DNA of 64,000 nucleotides from the NCBI GenBank assembly GCA_000146465.1, contig CP001948.1. The stretch is one strand, 5' to 3'. Shown piece after piece: positions 49,101 to 57,071 of this stretch. The notes under the pieces are model-generated. The model made no database searches and had not been told where the DNA came from. It saw nothing but the letters and a program-made list of their open reading frames with translations. The position numbers were made by a program, and so were the translations under genes. Numbering within the stretch: position 1 is the stretch's first letter; each line of letters begins with the position of its first letter.

Positions 49101-49515
49101 GATTTATAAGTCGATTACACATGGGGGAAACGCAGAATTGGAATTAGTTGACCATCTTGATCCGTTTAGCGAGGGGGTGGTTTTGAGTGTAATGCCACCT
49201 AAGAAGAGCTGGAAGAACATTGGGAATCTGAGTGGAGGGGAAAAGACACTCAGTAGCCTTGCACTTATTTTTGCACTCCATAAATTCAGGCCATCCCCGT
49301 TCTATGTTATGGATGAGATAGATGCGGCTTTGGACTACAGAAATGTAGGAGTGATATCCCACTTCATCAAGGAGATGTCCAGGACAGCCCAGTTTCTTGT
49401 GATAAGTCTGCGAAGTGACATGTTCGAGCTCAGCGAAACCCTCCTTGGAGTGTATAAGGCAAACAATGCTTCTCAATCTCTGATTGTAAACATAGGCAAG
49501 CTTGCAGGCCAATAA
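46174..49515 (+). CDS. SMC4 (condensin ATPase)
   Basis: N-terminus 'ITIHNFKSYKG…AVVGANGSGKSNIIDSILFVLG', hinge 'GVYGRLSDLG…', and C-terminus 'LSGGEKTLSSLALIFALHKFRPSPFYVMDEIDAALDYRNV…QFLVISLRSDMFELS', which is the SMC4-type tail. Confidence 0.8.
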   Translation: MNGRKALLMNLRLESITIHNFKSYKGTHVIQGLDPRFTAVVGANGSGKSNIIDSILFVLGFRARRMRHSSMAGLIYSGDGNQDMCYVELGFNKFQIRREVSLAGRTRYFVDGEEVPCTMVESLLKSEGVDMEHNRFLILQGEIENIAMIKPMDGGLLEYLEDVIGTGEYKAEIEKEESELRRVSEECESKSAALKFYEKEYKHIERKQEECLRTAKRRAECLCLDRDLHLLFSERGKKKLEGLLLEKKKIEEDLQVLEKKNKENGGKLEVLEGKGANARVSAREAEERFLKARKEYQRAERRNKMMEEDLERESKRIEELSREISEIRCLEDKRQKEGLKWTEEINRNVEEISRCSELSEKLRSEIGEGQRRIEKEARKSIEEIYREEERMMKLLKRKGEIGEKQRESESRLGILMSRKEEILRRVGDIDGRLSKMDEGKIEMGRSEEEISREIEEIERDLAKTRKEMSRRMQRAEEHRENEETSWKEREILRSIEHVKGVYGRLSDLGSVESQYDRAFRIAGKGLNSIVVDTTCTAEECISIIKSLGLGRATFIILDRISSEPSLPKESVPYLYNLVKCPKEFRKCFYFALKDTLVCEGLEVAERLAFGKTRKRVVTIDGKLIEKSGVMSGGKGNGRIKSIEELEKACLKMMELKKKKVSEMDMVRDLKERGALWKTRERLASDLEEVCREIGRVEKRINRKEIEDIEVEIEKIKKKVSSLREGIESLTDMETRRKKENLRNLNERIEVFEKRNLELRLHLESSGSGELREKELEVERRKKDFERISIEDISGMKSKMIECEREYKECAERLRGILKEIANVKASLGNDYHMEIDLKNRLDDACDKIEEWTQRIKESETKIASLEEESKKYMRICRLEIHSTVKVEEMNEEEIDRTIGRIGGTVARLKGEEIGEIDLDVFEDCERARVEYEKAKGEHGWFESRQKEIKESLEYLKKKRYDEFMKGFTQVSENLKEIYKSITHGGNAELELVDHLDPFSEGVVLSVMPPKKSWKNIGNLSGGEKTLSSLALIFALHKFRPSPFYVMDEIDAALDYRNVGVISHFIKEMSRTAQFLVISLRSDMFELSETLLGVYKANNASQSLIVNIGKLAGQ

Positions 49516-49559
49516 AGATCTTCTTTTCTTGGAATTCTTGTCTGTCCCTTTTCCCCTGG

Positions 49560-50609
49560 ATGAAGAGGTATCAAGAGCCATTTCTGCACTTCATAAAAGA
49601 CGGCTTTCTGGCTCCAAAGGATCTAGAGAATATACGAAATATACATGGGAAATGTGCGTTTAGAGAGATATACACAGACCTGTTCAGATTCCTGCAGACT
49701 GCCGAGTTGAGAGAGAGGAAGGATCTTCAGTTTTTCAGAGACTCTCTGATGAGGGCTTTTGAAGAGATTGGGGATGTAAAGGGAGGATGGATAGACCTTT
49801 TTGGGTCGTATTACCGAAAGGGAGACTACCTCCTATGCCATGATGACAGAACAGAAAGCCGGAAGTTTGCCTTCAGTTACTACTTGGAAGATCACAGTTC
49901 CGGAGAGCTCATCCTCTATGAAAATGATGGGATGAGTGTTTCGAAGAAGGTAGAGGTAAAGTCAAACAGACTAGTGATATTTGAGGTATCTGATGTATCT
50001 TTCCATGAGGTTGGATACTGTAGCAAAGATGGAAGAAGAGCATTTACTGGATGGCTAAACTTCGAGTATATCAAGCATAACGACCATAGCGAATGTGTGA
50101 ATATGGAGAGTCCGAATGTATGTGGTACGTTTCCGATGGAGATTGACTTCAATGAAAGCCCCCTTGTATTCTATCCTGGCGTGGAGTATGACTTTGAGCA
50201 CACCTCTGGAAGTGTCGAAGGTCCCTTTTGCTTCAGAAGAGTGAAGAGGATAGAGGTTAAAAGCCCATTAGCCCCATGTTTGGATGGATGGGAACTTAAG
50301 GGAGGAGGCTTCTACCACTTCAGGGTCGGAGACTATATACTTCTGAACGATGGATGCAATGCATTTGAAGGAGACGTGTGTGATGTGTTCTTCATAGGAG
50401 GTGATGAACATGTCTTTGAAGACAGGCCAAACATATTTGAAGATTCAAAAAACCCAATCAAATATCTAGATGAAGAAGGGAGGTTTGTGTTCGGCCTTCC
50501 GATAGCTAAGGGGATGTTTGCTATCAAGCGGAACGGCCTTTCTTTGTTTGTAGAAAGGTCTGGGACCGAGTTCTTTATGGGACACTTTATTTATGTTTCC
50601 AAAAATTGA
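49560..50609 (+). CDS. 2OG-Fe(II) oxygenase of the Tpa1/OGFOD1 type (uS12 prolyl hydroxylase-like)
   Basis: 'GDYLLCHDDRTESRKFAFSYYL…' HxD motif with the second 'H…R' downstream, and a double-stranded β-helix tail. Confidence 0.55.
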   Translation: MKRYQEPFLHFIKDGFLAPKDLENIRNIHGKCAFREIYTDLFRFLQTAELRERKDLQFFRDSLMRAFEEIGDVKGGWIDLFGSYYRKGDYLLCHDDRTESRKFAFSYYLEDHSSGELILYENDGMSVSKKVEVKSNRLVIFEVSDVSFHEVGYCSKDGRRAFTGWLNFEYIKHNDHSECVNMESPNVCGTFPMEIDFNESPLVFYPGVEYDFEHTSGSVEGPFCFRRVKRIEVKSPLAPCLDGWELKGGGFYHFRVGDYILLNDGCNAFEGDVCDVFFIGGDEHVFEDRPNIFEDSKNPIKYLDEEGRFVFGLPIAKGMFAIKRNGLSLFVERSGTEFFMGHFIYVSKN

Positions 50610-50643
50610 AATAAAGGCACCGGAGTTTCTAATACAACCATAT

Positions 50644-51240
50644 TTATTTTTCATTCTTTACTTTCTTACTCCCGTGGTATTCCCACAGAGGAACAAAGCT
50701 CTCAAAGAAGCCCACGTCTTCAAACAGATTTGGGAACAGCCAGATCCCGGGAGAATACAGAAAGTATGTTATCGAGAACAGGATCAGCCTTATTATTGCC
50801 AGAACAATTATGAATGTGATGAATCCTCCCAGAGGGTAGACCATATATGAGAACAGACGCTGCTGGAGGTTTCTTGGCCACATTCGGAAGAGAACGATTG
50901 TAAATGTCATCAGGACAAACACCACACAGAGGATAAGAGAAATGTTAGATGTCTTTTCATTTGCAAAGACATAATATTGGTCCTCTTGAAACTTCTGATC
51001 AAGTACCACATCGCATTCCCTTGCATTTTTCTTGTTAATGGACACCTTGAATAGGACACTTTCGTTTAGAAGCTCCTGCATAACAGACTTCGCCTTCAAG
51101 GGCTCCAGCCCCTTTTTTGCCAGAAGAGCAAGGCCACTACTTCCCTTGAACGTCCCCACTCTCCTTCTATATCTCAGTGTTTTCTCCTCTGTTCCAACCT
51201 GTCTCAGAATGGCCTCGTACTTTTTTAATTCTTCCACCAT
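50644..51240 (-). CDS. Sec62 translocon-associated protein
   Basis: A basic N-terminus, two transmembrane helices and 'WLFPNLFEDVGFFESFVPLWE', which resembles the Sec62 motif. Confidence 0.45.
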   Translation of the reverse strand: MVEELKKYEAILRQVGTEEKTLRYRRRVGTFKGSSGLALLAKKGLEPLKAKSVMQELLNESVLFKVSINKKNARECDVVLDQKFQEDQYYVFANEKTSNISLILCVVFVLMTFTIVLFRMWPRNLQQRLFSYMVYPLGGFITFIIVLAIIRLILFSITYFLYSPGIWLFPNLFEDVGFFESFVPLWEYHGSKKVKNEK

Positions 51241-51306
51241 TTGTTTGGGATCAAATTTTCGGCTTTTTTGTCTCTGGCTTATATCTGTAACTTACCCTCA
51301 ACTGGA

Positions 51307-51819
51307 ATGAGACTCAAGGCCTTGATAAAAAAGAGGACAAACGATCTTCTAGTTGCCTTGAGAAGTCTTAGAGGAAAGATATGCAGTGAAGACGTTCTTA
51401 GACAAGTTCTGGGCAATATCCATAAAAGCTATATCCGCCTTGAGGTGCTACTAAATAAGCCAGGACTTTCACATCAGGAGCCTGTGGAAGTTGATTCCAC
51501 AAATGGAGTCGTAAGGTATAAAACAGGGAACCTTGAATTTCTGTATCATGAGGAACATGGGGTTATCTCTGTAAGCACAGGCGACACGGGGATAAATAAT
51601 TACCTCCTCTGTTTGATAAGAGGCAAACCGGTCGACACACACTTAGAAACTGCTTCGGCAATGCTTGGGATGTATGCAGGAAATGAAAGAGCATTGTGTG
51701 ATGTGTGTGGAAATTATGCAACTGTTCCAGGGCTCTTGACACCGATATGCCGGTCTCCTGAAGAAGACTTCGTACTTGTACACCACGCCCAATGCAAAGT
51801 GGAATCTCTGGAGAAATAA
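51307..51819 (+). CDS. Hypothetical protein
   Basis: The track ORF starts with TTG at 51241, abutting the Sec62 ATG, so the start was moved to the internal ATG 'MRLKALIKK'. Confidence 0.25.
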   Translation: MRLKALIKKRTNDLLVALRSLRGKICSEDVLRQVLGNIHKSYIRLEVLLNKPGLSHQEPVEVDSTNGVVRYKTGNLEFLYHEEHGVISVSTGDTGINNYLLCLIRGKPVDTHLETASAMLGMYAGNERALCDVCGNYATVPGLLTPICRSPEEDFVLVHHAQCKVESLEK

Positions 51820-51860
51820 TATTTGAACGCCTGCAACAAATTTTGCACAATCCCCTTAGG

Positions 51861-52373
51861 ATGATTGAATGCTCCGTATTCGGATATTTGATGGAGGTCG
51901 ATTGTATCTGCAACCATCTGAAGTTGCATAAAAGAACAGACAAAACTGTTAGTGAAGCCGTTTATTCTAATGGGACAAATGTGTTGCTTGTGTCTAAGGA
52001 GGATGATGGTATTTACCTGTCAAGCAGAGGGCCACCCGACAGAAACAAGAACAGAATGTCGTTCTGCTCAAGAGTACAGAAGTCAAGGATTAGGACATTA
52101 GACACTTTGAAGGAGTTTCTATCTTCGTTTGGCTTTGAGCTGGTGAGGGAAGGGCAAGTTGAACTAACCACCTTTGAGAAAGGAGCAGGGCGCATTGAAA
52201 TATCCAGGTCCATCTCTGATGAGGGCAACAGCCAGGAAGTAGACACCGGCAGATATTGGCTAGTCAAGGTATTTGTAACTTCAGAAAACACACAGAACGG
52301 AGAAAGAATGTTAAGCAGGTTAATCGAGGAGCTGGAAGACCAAGTCCAACTCATCAAACCCTCAATAAAGTGA
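51861..52373 (+). CDS. Hypothetical protein with a weak Mediator Med18-like pattern
   Basis: 'FLSSFGFELVREGQVELTTFEKGAGRIEISR' loosely follows Med18 'FLMEMGFRMDHEFVAKGHLFRKGIMKIMVYK'. The track ORF at 51792 overlaps the previous gene in another frame, so the internal ATG was used. Confidence 0.2.
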   Translation: MIECSVFGYLMEVDCICNHLKLHKRTDKTVSEAVYSNGTNVLLVSKEDDGIYLSSRGPPDRNKNRMSFCSRVQKSRIRTLDTLKEFLSSFGFELVREGQVELTTFEKGAGRIEISRSISDEGNSQEVDTGRYWLVKVFVTSENTQNGERMLSRLIEELEDQVQLIKPSIK

Positions 52374-52481
52374 TTTCGGCAGTCTCAATAATATGTATTT
52401 CTGCTCCTTTCCACCTCTCCAATGATTTTATTGGAGGCCCTGATCAAAACCCCTTAAGCCAGTGAAAAGAACCCTCCCTAG

Positions 52482-53474
52482 ATGGCAAGAGAATACAAGG
52501 AGACGGTTTACAGCATATTGGCATCTCTTTGTCTGGTGGGAGGGCTGTCCTTGGAAAGTTTTGTGTGTAAGACTGCAAATTGTTCGTTTTTCCTGAGCTC
52601 TACTCTGTTTATTTCAATGGCTCTAACACTCCTCAGTCTTGCACACATGGTAAGGACAAAGGCAAAAGTTACTCTTTTCTCTGCATACAAAGGATCTATC
52701 AGTGCTTTGATGGACATTATGATTGTGTTCATATACACCAAGATCTTGTGCACAAACTCCCTGTTCTTCTGTCTATCCTTTTTAACATATCAGATGACCG
52801 TGTCCATTCTGACCTGCTTCACGTCCTTTTCCAGCTCTGGCTTCATGGTTTGCATATGTGTCATATTTCTTTCCCCACTATTTGACCTGTGGTTTGTGGA
52901 GGAACATGGATTCTCAAGATCTCAGATTCCGGACTTTATGAAGTACTACATCACAAACGGATCTATGAACATAATCTTTTTCATCCCCATAGTTGGGATC
53001 AGGGTGATGTTCGGAGAGTTTTTTGGGAGACTCGAGAATAGAGAGTCGTCCACACTCTTCAACTCTCTGGGAATGGTTGCAATCGGAGCCATATTGGGGC
53101 TTATTGATAGATCCGCATTCTTGGAGGAATTTCGCAAAATGTATCAGGTTTCTATTCCATTTGTTGTGTCAAACATCATGCTTGTAACGTCCTTGGCTAT
53201 CTTCAGATGGAACAAGAACATCAACTTTACCTCTGTATATCCACCTGTATCGGTGCTGTCCATTTTAGTATCTGGACTGTTTTGTTACACCTCAGCACCC
53301 TTGTTCTGGAGGAAAACCATTTTGGAATGCTCGCTTAATGCCCCGTATCTTTTCTATCTCCTCACGTTTTCTCTTTTCACCTTATATATAATCGTTGTGT
53401 ATAAGAGTAATATTGTCTCAAGGCCTGCCAGGGATGGATTCATACCAGGAGTGACCTGGTGGCTTTGGGGATAG
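52482..53474 (+). CDS. Hypothetical polytopic membrane protein of 330 aa with about 8 transmembrane helices
   Basis: Hydrophobic helices only. A CCC motif sits upstream of the ATG. Confidence 0.3.
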   Translation: MAREYKETVYSILASLCLVGGLSLESFVCKTANCSFFLSSTLFISMALTLLSLAHMVRTKAKVTLFSAYKGSISALMDIMIVFIYTKILCTNSLFFCLSFLTYQMTVSILTCFTSFSSSGFMVCICVIFLSPLFDLWFVEEHGFSRSQIPDFMKYYITNGSMNIIFFIPIVGIRVMFGEFFGRLENRESSTLFNSLGMVAIGAILGLIDRSAFLEEFRKMYQVSIPFVVSNIMLVTSLAIFRWNKNINFTSVYPPVSVLSILVSGLFCYTSAPLFWRKTILECSLNAPYLFYLLTFSLFTLYIIVVYKSNIVSRPARDGFIPGVTWWLWG

Positions 53475-53709
53475 TGAGTTCTTGATGGCTGGATATAAAT
53501 CCATAAATTACAGTGATTAAATTAATTTAAAACCGATCACAGCTTGTAGTTTATGACTCAGCACCGCTTTTTGACTTTTTTGTTTGTAAACAATGTTCGG
53601 GAGTTAGTCTACTAGTGATTTAATTTGGTATTAAAGTATCAGGCCGATTTTAATTGGCCCACTTATGAATCAGAAACAAAATATTTAAGAACGAAAACAC
53701 AACAAACAA

Positions 53710-54465
53710 ATGGCTAAGGAAGCGCTAAAGACTCTACAGTCCATGTTTGGAGAGATGGTTGCATCCTTTGTCTTTGGATTTGCGGTATATTCTGCTATAC
53801 TGGGATCTAGCATTAGCCAGTCATCGGCAGATAAGGTCATTGTAGGACTAACAGTTGGATTTTCCGGAATCGGTGTGATATATTCATTTTGCGACGTGAC
53901 CATTGCACACTTCAATCCTGCAATCACTCTTGCAGCCATACTGACATCTAAGATCGATGTACTTCAGGGACTGGGATATATGTTGGCCCAGTACATAGGA
54001 TTTATGCTTGCTGTGTGTGCCCTGCTGGTATGCTCTCCTGTCGAATACAAGGAGACTTTGGACACAATAAGGCCAGGACCTACGGACTTTGGAGCAACCA
54101 GCCTCAATGTTTTCTTCGCCGAGTTTTTCCTAACTGCAATCTTTGTTCACATTGTCTTTGCAACAGCTGTTAATCCATACAAGCCAAAGGTCGACACCGA
54201 AGGAAAGTTTGTGGATCCCGACGAGAAAGAGCCGGTGGATCGCAGAATAACTGCACCCCTCTGTATAGGTCTGACACTTGGGTTCTTGGCATTCATGGGT
54301 TTGGCCAGTTCCGGAGGTGCATTCAACCCCGGCCTCACATTTGCTCCAATGGCAATGTCGAACACTTGGAGCCATTTCTGGATTTATCTTGGGGGTCAGT
54401 ATCTAGGAGGCTTGACAGGAGGTCTTCTCCAGGTGCTTGTGCTATATAAGCTTAGCTCGGACTAG
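53710..54465 (+). CDS. Aquaporin (MIP family) with a non-canonical second NPA box
   Basis: First box 'HFNPAITLAA' and second box 'GGAFNPGLTFAP', across six transmembrane helices. Confidence 0.8.
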   Translation: MAKEALKTLQSMFGEMVASFVFGFAVYSAILGSSISQSSADKVIVGLTVGFSGIGVIYSFCDVTIAHFNPAITLAAILTSKIDVLQGLGYMLAQYIGFMLAVCALLVCSPVEYKETLDTIRPGPTDFGATSLNVFFAEFFLTAIFVHIVFATAVNPYKPKVDTEGKFVDPDEKEPVDRRITAPLCIGLTLGFLAFMGLASSGGAFNPGLTFAPMAMSNTWSHFWIYLGGQYLGGLTGGLLQVLVLYKLSSD

Positions 54466-54517
54466 AGTTCAGAGCATCAAATAATGGAAAAGATAATAAA
54501 ATCACACAAAATTCTTT

Positions 54518-55708
54518 TCATTCGGTCCGCGGCACCTGCCATATCTGTAACATGTTGTCTTCAGAGACACTAACAATCTCAAAGGGCTCTGCAGGGTTCC
54601 AAGAGAGGTCGCATACAGTGCTTGTATGTCCTCCATGAAGAAACCTCATCTCGGGAGGTCCTTCTGCCTTGTACTCCTCAGACACCTCTGCTCCAATCCG
54701 ATTCAGATCCCATATAATTACTCTTCTGTCTGTACTTCCAGATGCAAGTATCCCTTTGTCGTGAGGAGACCACTCTGTGCTCAACACCTCCTTCGAATGT
54801 CCCAGGAGAATATGGAGTGGTTGTTCCAGATTCCTCCTATCCCACACCTTCACAGATTTGTCTCCAGATGATGTAGAGACAATATTCCCGTCCAAGGGCG
54901 AAAACCTTACAGAAAGAACATCAGACGTGTGTGCTTCCTCAATGGCATGTATGCAATCTCTACTCCTCGTGTCCCAAAACACCACCATCCCATCATCTCC
55001 TCCAGATGAGAGAAGACCTTTGTCTAGGAAGCTGAACGAACAGTCGTTGACAGTCATTCTGTGTCTTCTTAATACCACTGTGGGAGAAATTAAAGAAGAT
55101 TCCTGGGATATATCAAACACACATATCTGCTTGTCCTCCCCACAGCTTGCAAGCTCCCCAGAGCTCTGAGGACTCCATGACAATCCAAAACCTCCCCCCT
55201 CGTGCCCCCGAAGAACCATATCAGGCCTTGGAATCTTCTCATGTGAAAGATGCTTTGTGTAATCATAAACATGTATATCCGAAAGATCAGAGCGTACCGC
55301 CAGTACATTGCATGCAAACGGACTGTATCTAACCCTATTGGCCTCGTCCATAATCGAGATCCTTTGCACAATCTTGAATCTCATGTCCCCATTCACCTCC
55401 TCATTCTGAGACTCGTCAAATTCGTCGGGAAACTCAACCTGGGCAATCATTATATACTCGTCTTCCACTCCGCTTGTATGGGTACTCAGCAACAACCTTT
55501 GCACTGTCCTTCCTCCCTCCTCGTCTCTCTTCACATCCGGAAACCACTGCACAGAAAGAGACGGCCACTGGAGAGTGTGGCAGAACATAAGGTCGTAAAG
55601 ATACGGTACATTCTTCTTCCATATCTTATACTCCTCATTGATTATCTTCTGCTCCAACACCTGGTTGTTCATCCACGAGGGCTTTGAGGCCAGGGAATTA
55701 AAACCCAT
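54518..55708 (-). CDS. RbAp48/Msi1/Hat2 histone-binding WD40 protein
   Basis: N-terminal helix 'INEEYKIWKKNVPYLYD' and seven WD repeats with '…GHTSTVCDLSWNP'. Confidence 0.85.
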   Translation of the reverse strand: MGFNSLASKPSWMNNQVLEQKIINEEYKIWKKNVPYLYDLMFCHTLQWPSLSVQWFPDVKRDEEGGRTVQRLLLSTHTSGVEDEYIMIAQVEFPDEFDESQNEEVNGDMRFKIVQRISIMDEANRVRYSPFACNVLAVRSDLSDIHVYDYTKHLSHEKIPRPDMVLRGHEGGGFGLSWSPQSSGELASCGEDKQICVFDISQESSLISPTVVLRRHRMTVNDCSFSFLDKGLLSSGGDDGMVVFWDTRSRDCIHAIEEAHTSDVLSVRFSPLDGNIVSTSSGDKSVKVWDRRNLEQPLHILLGHSKEVLSTEWSPHDKGILASGSTDRRVIIWDLNRIGAEVSEEYKAEGPPEMRFLHGGHTSTVCDLSWNPAEPFEIVSVSEDNMLQIWQVPRTE

Positions 55709-55759
55709 TGAAAAAGATACTCCAAATAGTTAGTTATACCTTAAAACGTTTATTCTCCC

Positions 55760-56956
55760 TTAGAAAAAGCTGAAGCTGTTGAAGAAGCTCCTGGGATTGT
55801 GCATGCCATCGTCAGAGGCCTCTTCATGCTCCCTCTCCTCCTCAGGCATGGTTCCAAACTCCCCGTTTACTTTTGTAAATGTTCCATAGGGCTTCCTTGG
55901 AGGCTCTGCAAGTACTTGCATGATCTTTGCCCTGTCAGACTCACTGCCAATTATCACATTTGGCTTAAGAATCAGACTTCCTTGCTTGTTCCCCTTGAAC
56001 CCTTCGTTCCGAATCTTGAGCACTGTATCAAACGTCTTGAACGGATTCACATTGATCTCAAGCACTCTTCCGTCAATATGGGTGAAGTATACCACTCCTC
56101 CTCCGACTGCAGTGTATAGCGGAATGTCTATCTTCCCCACCAGGTCACTTCCACGCCTCTCAAACCTGCTGTCTTCTTGCACATCAATTATGAAAATTAC
56201 ATCTCCTGGAACGTGGTTTCTTCTCTGGTCTCCCATACCCTCAAAGACAATCTTTTCTCCTTTTCTTGCTCCTGGCTTTATATTCACTTCAAACATGGTC
56301 TTGTCCTGTATATACTCAGACCCGTTACATGTACCACAAGGCTTACCTTTGATCTTATGTCCAGAGCCTCCACACCCATCGCATCGCGTCTCTGCAAGAG
56401 TTACAAACCCTCCTAGATTTCGCCGACTAGTGCACACTCCACTTCCATTGCATCTCTTGCACGTCTCTACATCCTTTCCTCCCTTTCCATCACATGTCCC
56501 ACATATCTTCTCGGTCCTGACATTGAACTTCGACACCTTCCCAACAAACGATTCTCTAAGTGAAATAGTAATCACATACTTTGTTGAGTTGACTTTGTTT
56601 GTTCTCTGGTGTCCTCTTCCTCCAGTAAACTGGCTGAATATATCAAAGATGTCGGAATATCCTCCTCCAGAGAAATGTGCTCCAAACTCCCCAAGCCCAC
56701 TGTCGTACTCTCTCTTCTTCTTCTCGTCAAACAATACACTCTTTGCAGAGTTTAGCTTTGCAGACATCTCTCCACATTCCTTCTTGATCTTCTCCCTTTC
56801 CTCATCATTGGCCGCATTCCTCAGCCTATTCTTGATAAACGGCGAGTCCAGGTGGTACTTTGCCTGTTGCTTTGAGTAGGCCTTTCTTATCTCGGCTATA
56901 GACGCCCCAGGACTAAGCTCAAGTATTTTATAATATCCCTTGGGATCTTTAGACAT
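55760..56956 (-). CDS. Type I DnaJ/Hsp40 (Ydj1-like) with an HLD variant of the J-domain tripeptide
   Basis: J domain 'YYKILELSPGASIAEIRKAYSKQQAKYHLDS…', four CxxCxGxG zinc-finger repeats and a C-terminal substrate-binding β-domain. The track start is TTG and was moved to ATG 'MSKDPKG'. Confidence 0.7.
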   Translation of the reverse strand: MSKDPKGYYKILELSPGASIAEIRKAYSKQQAKYHLDSPFIKNRLRNAANDEEREKIKKECGEMSAKLNSAKSVLFDEKKKREYDSGLGEFGAHFSGGGYSDIFDIFSQFTGGRGHQRTNKVNSTKYVITISLRESFVGKVSKFNVRTEKICGTCDGKGGKDVETCKRCNGSGVCTSRRNLGGFVTLAETRCDGCGGSGHKIKGKPCGTCNGSEYIQDKTMFEVNIKPGARKGEKIVFEGMGDQRRNHVPGDVIFIIDVQEDSRFERRGSDLVGKIDIPLYTAVGGGVVYFTHIDGRVLEINVNPFKTFDTVLKIRNEGFKGNKQGSLILKPNVIIGSESDRAKIMQVLAEPPRKPYGTFTKVNGEFGTMPEEEREHEEASDDGMHNPRSFFNSFSFF

Positions 56957-57071
56957 GGCCCCACAAGATCTACCCTCTTTTATCTTTTTTTTTCCGCGGA
57001 AAAATCTAGAAAAAACCAGATGTCTCTTCAAAACTCCAATACTATAAAGCATTTAATCACAGAAAGACGGT

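Noticed and set aside
51241-52373. Possibility that ORFs 51241-51819 and 51792-52373 are one gene broken by a frameshift or intron.
   Set aside because: No GTAAG…AG signal bridges the two frames, and the internal ATG of the second ORF gives a clean separate start 40 nt after the first stop. I treat them as two genes.
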